A stretch of DNA of 64,000 bases, from the NCBI GenBank assembly GCA_030248215.1, contig JASANG010000627.1, forward strand, positions 248,001 to 312,000, read 5' to 3'. Below, in pieces: positions 58,337-64,000 of the stretch (the stretch's first letter is position 1; every line of letters begins with the position of its first letter). A program made the translations under genes and the position numbers. The notes under the pieces were generated by a model, which ran no database searches, was not told the origin of the DNA, and saw nothing but the letters and a program-made list of their open reading frames with translations. This stretch comes from Enoplolaimus lenunculus (lineage: Eukaryota).

Positions 58337-61300
58337 ATAAAAACACACATATAAATCCCTCAAAAGAATGCTTACCAACAAAATCAGTTTTTCACTCAAA
58401 AGTATGTTCTACTAAGCTGCCATTTATAATGCAAAAATTGGTAAAGACATTTTTGTCGAAACCTTATGCGATTCTGGTTCTGAAATAAACATAATAAGTG
58501 AAAAAGTTTTTTCTGTTATTCCCAAAGGAATGATAGCAAAAATTCAAGAGAATCCAAGATCACTAATCTCTGTTACCGGACAATCATTAAACATAATCGA
58601 AGTTATTCAAATTCCGCTAACAATAGGGTTATTAGAAAAACAACTAAAATTTTTCGTCGTCCAGAACGCCCACCATGATTGCATCATTGGTAACACAGTT
58701 GTTTCACATGGAAATCTGAATTTTTCAAAACGTTTCCTACAGTTACATGGTATAAAAATACCATTCATACAGCGGAATATTGAAAACACACTTGCGTCGT
58801 CTGTAACTTTGATAGGAACCGTTTGCATACCTCCTCTTACTGAAAAAGTTTGTTGGGCAAAAATTGAGTAAAGCTTAGATAACTGCGATGTATTATTTTC
58901 ACCACAGCCAATTTCTAACCGTTCTAAAAGCAAGAATCAACTGGAATTTGTTCTTGGAGCACATAGTCTGGCCAAACCACGCCAAGCAAAAATTCCAATC
59001 AAATTAATTAATTTGTGTTATGTTCCAATAACCCTGCAACCCAATACAATTTTAGGATCATGCGAAAAGTACACACAATTAAATAAAAATCTAGCAAGCA
59101 CTTGCACGCACCCTTCTCAAACAAATGCAAATCAGCAAAACACGATTGTACCGAAAGGAGTGCTTCAGCGGATGCCAATATGAATGAGGAACAGAAAGAC
59201 AACATGACTAAGTTACTGCAAGAATATACTGACATATTTGAATCAGAATAACATCCTTTTGGACGCACACAACTAACAGAACATAGAATTGACACTGGTA
59301 GCGAAATACCTATGAAGCAAGTAGCGTACAGAGTATCCCCCTCTCAAAAAGCCATAATGTCTGAACATGTTAAATCTATGTTGAATAAAGGTGTTATAGA
59401 ACCATCAAGCAGTCCGTGGTCTTCGCCAGTTGTTCTTGTTCCAAAAAAATGGAAAAATTCGTTTTTGTGTCGATTACAGACGGTTAAATAAAATTACTAA
59501 ACGTGACACGTATCCAGTCCCGCGGATTGATGATACCTTAGATGCACTGGGAAAAGCAAGCTATTTTTCGACGTTGGATATCAGTTCAGGATACTGGCAT
59601 GGTCCCATACACGGACTCGATAAAGAAAAACTGTACATACAAAATTTTGCATCAATCACGTAACCATTAAATAAATTTACTCACGCGTAAAAATGTAAGC
59701 TTTGTATGGTCTGCCGATTGCCAACGTGCTTTTGCACGCCTGAAACAGCTCTTAACGACGGCACCAGTACTTCAACCACCCGATTTCGCGCAAAATTTTG
59801 AACTTCACACAGATGCTAGTAATTTGGAATCGGCGCTATTTTATCTCAAATCAGTCAAGAAAAAGAACGCGTGATAGCATATGCTAGTAGGCTTCTCACG
59901 CCAGCAGAAGTTAAATATTCCGCAATTGAAAAAGAAGCATTAGCCATGAAATGGGCCATTCAACATTTTAAACCATATTTATACGGTCAGCATTTCATAA
60001 TAAGAACTGATCACAACCCTCTACGTTGGCTTATGTCAATGAAAGGCACAAATTCCCGGTTGACCAGATGGGCTTTAACTCTTCAGGAATATACATTTGA
60101 TATCATCCACCGAAAAGGTAGGGATAATGCAAATGCTGACTGCTTATCGCGACTGATTGATAATAAAGACAGCGAGCATACTCAATCCCATTTAAGTACA
60201 GTTTTGCAGACACTAGATAGCAACAAATTACTAAAATTACAACAGAATCGAGACAAACTATGTAAAAGCATAATTCAAAACATGAATCCAGAAACCCGCA
60301 CAACTGTAATACCGCATGTGCCACAGCACAGGTTCTTATTGATAGATGGCATTCTTGTGAATCGCTCACGACACAAAAATACACTAAAAGCTGTTGCTCC
60401 TGAAACGATGCGACATCAAATTCTCAAGTCGTTTCATGATGACCCTTTGTCTGGGCACTTGGGAACAGCGAAAACTTTAGAAAAAATTCGAAATCGTTAT
60501 TTTTGGCCAAACCTAGAACGAGACATAAAACTCTATTGTCGAAGTTGTGATATCTGTCAGAAACGCAAAGCTATAAATCAAGGCAGAGCCACAATGGAAA
60601 ATATAAAGATCGATTGTGGACCAATGGAAAAACTGGGAATCGACATTTTAGGTCCACTCCCAATAACACAACGAAAAAACCGTTATATAGTAGTGTTTGT
60701 AGATTACTTGACTAAGTGGCCTGAAGCCTTTCCAGTTAGTGAAATATCATCCGAAACCATTGCTCAAAAACTTGTGGAGAAGATTGTATGTCGTTATTCC
60801 TGTCCCAAAACCCTTATATCTGACCAAGCACCTATATTAACATCCGATATAATAAAGCATATGTGCAAACTAATGAAATGCAAAAAACTCAACCTACAGC
60901 ATACCACCCCCAGACCGATGAACTTGTCGAACGATTTAATCGGACATTAACCAATATGCTAGCCTCGTACGTGAGTGAATATGAAAAGCAGTGGGATTTG
61001 TTTATCCCATATGTGCTGTTCGCTTACAGAACAGCTGTCAATTTCTCCACGGGGTATTCTTCTTTTGAAATGCTTTATTACCGTCAGCCCAATCTACCAT
61101 CAGACATAGTGCTAAAATCAACACAACGAATATTTCCAGATACAATAACTTATATGCATAATTTAGGCATGGCCATGAACGACATACAAGCAAAAGCTCG
61201 AGCAAACATTGAGCATGCACAATTAAAACAAAAGCAACAGTATGATCAACATACGTTATCACGTAATTTTATAATTGGGGACGTTGTTTTATTGAAAGTC

Positions 61301-61446
61301 GAGCCAAAAACTACTAAATTTGGTCCCGATTTGATGGCCCACACAGAATCATAAAACAATATACACGTGTAAAATTCAAAATTTTAAGCGACACAGGCAA
61401 AATTAAGATAGTACATGCAAATAAACTAAGACTTTATCACTACTAA
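58300..61446 (+). pseudogene. pol: pol (protease, partial RT, RNase H, integrase), frameshifted with the RT core deleted
   Basis: PR LCDSGSEINII (58464-); RT N-terminal motifs SSPWSSPVVLV, RFCVDYRRLN, YPVPRIDD and LDISSGYW; RH HTDAS..IAYASR..YSAIEKEALA..TDHNPL; IN HDDPLSGH..CRSCDIC, GIDILGP, ISDQ, VERFNRTL and a GPY/F-like FDGPHRI; stop at 61444-61446. Confidence 0.95.
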
Positions 61447-61454
61447 ATCTTTAT

Positions 61455-62343
61455 ATGATTTTAGCGGAACTCCCGAAAAACGCGAACAATCCGACACGAT
61501 ATAATTTAACATTTCAACGCCTGAATTCAAGTTTCTGTCAAATCTATTTTTATGTTCGTTTGTTTTCCTGGGAGAGATATTTCATTCATCAGAACAGGCC
61601 TATCAATTTTGCAAGTCACACATAATTGGTAATAAACAAACAAAACAATCTATTCGACGTGCTTACAGCCCTTTCGAAGCCGTGAAATTGGGCAAACAGT
61701 TTTGTCATACTCAAAACCAAAAACGGAAATGGAACAGAATCAAATATTTTGTGATGGCGAGCGTTGTGTTTGCAGTTGGCGATTCAATAATTCATCGTCT
61801 CAGCCAAAGCCAATTTTTAAGTGAATCCTCATTTAAATTTGTGGGTTGGCCTGGAGCAGGTTTAGATATTGTATTCAATATTTCAGAAATTATTTTTTGC
61901 CCGGAACTCATTTAACGATTCTTGCCGGAACAAACGAACGTACATACAATACTTATGTTCGGCCGGATAAGATTAACAAACTAAATGGAACCTCCAAAAC
62001 TAGATCTGCACGCAAAATAATTACGAAACTGGAATGTAAAATCAAACATTATTTGCGAAATTCAACAGATACGCGTATCACAATTTGCGAAGTGTTACCC
62101 CGATACGATCAAATGTCGCTAAAAGCTGAATTATCAAAAGTCCAAAAAGCTGTGGGAGTTTTTAATGCAGAACTCAAGCTCGCTGTTAGGAAATTCAGAA
62201 ATATGCCGGTTGACTTGCTGACAGCGTTTGATTCGATAAATAAACCCGAATTCTACTTAACTAAAACTAATGCTCTTGATTTGCACCCGAATGAAGACGG
62301 ACTTCTGTGCTTATTTAACATGATCGCACTGGTTTATGATTGA
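61455..62343 (+). pseudogene. Retrotransposon ORF3: partial NADAR/YbiA-like domain fused to an SGNH/GDSL hydrolase (two 1-nt frameshifts)
   Basis: 61505-61775 reads FKFLSNLF..F..GEIFHSSEQAYQFCKS..GNKQTKQSIRRAYSPFEAVKLGK..KWNRIKYFVM, the NADAR N-terminal motifs. SGNH blocks follow: VGDS (61775-61786), WPGA, LAGTNE, ITICEVLPR, FNAEL and DLHPNEDG. Confidence 0.8.
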
Positions 62344-62486
62344 GGTTCCTCGATGGGTGAAAGCAACATTGAGTTGCGGCAAAGCAACCCGCAAAACGGG
62401 AACACAATCGTAGAACATTGCGTACGTGAAATGACTCTATTGGTAATACCACAAGCAGCGTTTTTTAATATAATTTCGAATTTTCT

Positions 62487-62500
62487 AAAAGGGTGAGGAA
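62487..62500 (+). promoter_or_regulatory. Polypurine tract
   Basis: AAAAGGGTGAGGAA abutting the 3' LTR. Confidence 0.85.
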
Positions 62501-62884
62501 TGTAGCGTATGTGTTCTGGCCTAGAATAAAAATAAAATTTTAAAAAATAAAATAGATTCGAAGAATCGAAAAAAAGGTTTTGAAGAAATAAAAAATATTT
62601 TTTGATTAATAAATTGTGGTTTTTGACGAGGCAGTTGAATGATATTCGTTTTATTGTATTTACTTAATACTTCGAAAAGCGCAAATAAACGCAAAGACTA
62701 AAGAAGTTAATTCGACATTTAAACGACTACCAAATCTGGTTTGACGATAAATTTCGAAATATAATTCAAATTGACGCGGTGTTTCACCAAATCCAATCAA
62801 CTCCAGTTGTCACGGCATTTTACCGAATCACAACGAAACAACAAACAATTTCAACTGGGCTAAGACAAACTCGCAGTCACTGCA
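62501..62884 (+). repeat. 3' LTR (384 bp)
   Basis: Direct repeat of the 5' LTR, with about 10 substitutions and 3 small indels by manual comparison. Confidence 0.95.
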
Positions 62885-64000
62885 GATTGTTAAAAGATTA
62901 CCCCCATTATTTTAAGTTATTTGTGCCTGGCAAGCAGAAACTGGTTTGATAAATTTCTATCCTACTCTTCCAACAATATTTCTAAACTAAATTGCGAGGC
63001 GTGCATATATATTCCACTGGCCTTTCAAAATTTTAAAGAAAAATGGCGGACACATCAAAATTTTTAAGATTTTCGATGAATTTTACAACATTTCATTTCG
63101 AACATAATTGCAGCATATGTGACCAAAAATGCAAGATATACGTGATTTATCGCTAAGTTTTGAACGTATAAAAATAACAGAATTTCCGTTATTTCTATAT
63201 TATCGACAACGGAAACTGACTCCGATTTTTGCATAGGAAACAAAAACGGATATTCGGTAATACACCTTGGTGATAGTAGTAAATTTGTTACGAATCTTGA
63301 GCTGCAATTTCATAGTACCAGACAACTTTACAACCGTAGTGATAAATTGAAATTTTAAATTTTAAAATGATTTTTCGATTTCCTATCATTAAAAATTTTA
63401 CTTTTTCAATTTTCCGTCGGGATTTACACAGTATTATTTTCCACAAGGCGGGCGCACGATAAAATGTATGGTGCATAATGCACAACCAAATATCAACGTA
63501 AGCAAAAGTATCTGTATTTTAGCATAAGAATGCAGCCCAATACCCTAATTTTACAACCTAAGGGTACGTTCAAGACGCAAAACTTAGGTTGGGGGATGAG
63601 CTCAACCCGAAATATCTTTGAAATTCGATTATTTATTATATCCTTTTAAAAGAATATATAAACAGAGCAACTTTTTTTACATTACATAACAAGCAGCCTC
63701 TAAAAGCGTCAATAGAGACGGGGTAAAATAAATATAGAGCGACTTCCTTACAATATTCCATACCTTATACATGATATCTCTCGAGCTTTAAACGTCAAAA
63801 TAAACATAGCCAGAAATTCTGCGATTCGCAAAAACAATTTAGCAATTGCAGCCAATCAAGATTAAAACCAGACCGTACCTAAGTGACGCAACTGTAATGC
63901 TTTGTAACTCGAAACTGTCATCGTTTAATTTTCGGAAGGGAGCTACTGTATTAACCTATAAATTTTACGCCGAAATCGTCACATTTGGTTTTGTGAATAA

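Larger units (their letters stand above)
44260..59650. repeat. Forward / inverted / forward triplication (probable amplification or assembly chimera)
   Basis: About 44260-49725 is mirrored by about 49726-55170 (coordinates sum to 99450, e.g. ORFs starting at 47041 and 52409). After a poly-T/poly-A patch the forward copy resumes at about 55255 with an offset of about 9829. Copies near the fold are full of single-base deletions. Confidence 0.92.
56257..62884 (+). mobile_element. Ty3/Gypsy LTR retrotransposon, both LTRs present, defective
   Basis: TG...CA LTRs at 56257-56632 and 62501-62884, 5-bp TSD GATTG (56252-56256 and 62885-62889), PBS, PPT, and domain order gag-PR-RT-RH-IN followed by an ORF3. 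Confidence 0.97.

Noticed and set aside
61455..62343. ORF3 as an env glycoprotein
   Set aside because: No signal peptide, furin/fusion peptide or transmembrane anchor; the motifs match NADAR and SGNH instead.

Overview
AT-rich eukaryotic DNA, almost certainly from a nematode (cuticle collagen, TTAGGC telomere-type repeats, TTTCAG/TTTTAG splice acceptors). I assembled three spliced genes by hand with consistent exon phases: a 4-exon secreted, probably GPI-anchored FN3-like protein (+, 3215-6673), a 5-exon cuticle collagen (-, 8544-13500), and a 19-exon, about 2591-aa NCKAP5-like coiled-coil protein (-, 21293-45313). Introns and intergenic DNA are crowded with hAT-type MITEs, TTAGGC-bearing MITEs, DINE-1/Helentron-like elements and a decayed Merlin transposon. 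The right end holds a complete but defective Ty3/Gypsy LTR retrotransposon (56257-62884) with a 5-bp TSD and a tRNA-Lys PBS. Its RT core is deleted and a MITE sits in gag. Most interesting: the env slot of this element carries a third ORF, missed by the ORF track, that encodes a NADAR/YbiA-like domain fused to an SGNH/GDSL hydrolase. The region 44260-59650 is a forward/inverted/forward triplication that looks like an amplification (MDA) or long-read fold-back artefact rather than real biology. All family assignments come from motif recognition by eye; no searches were run.
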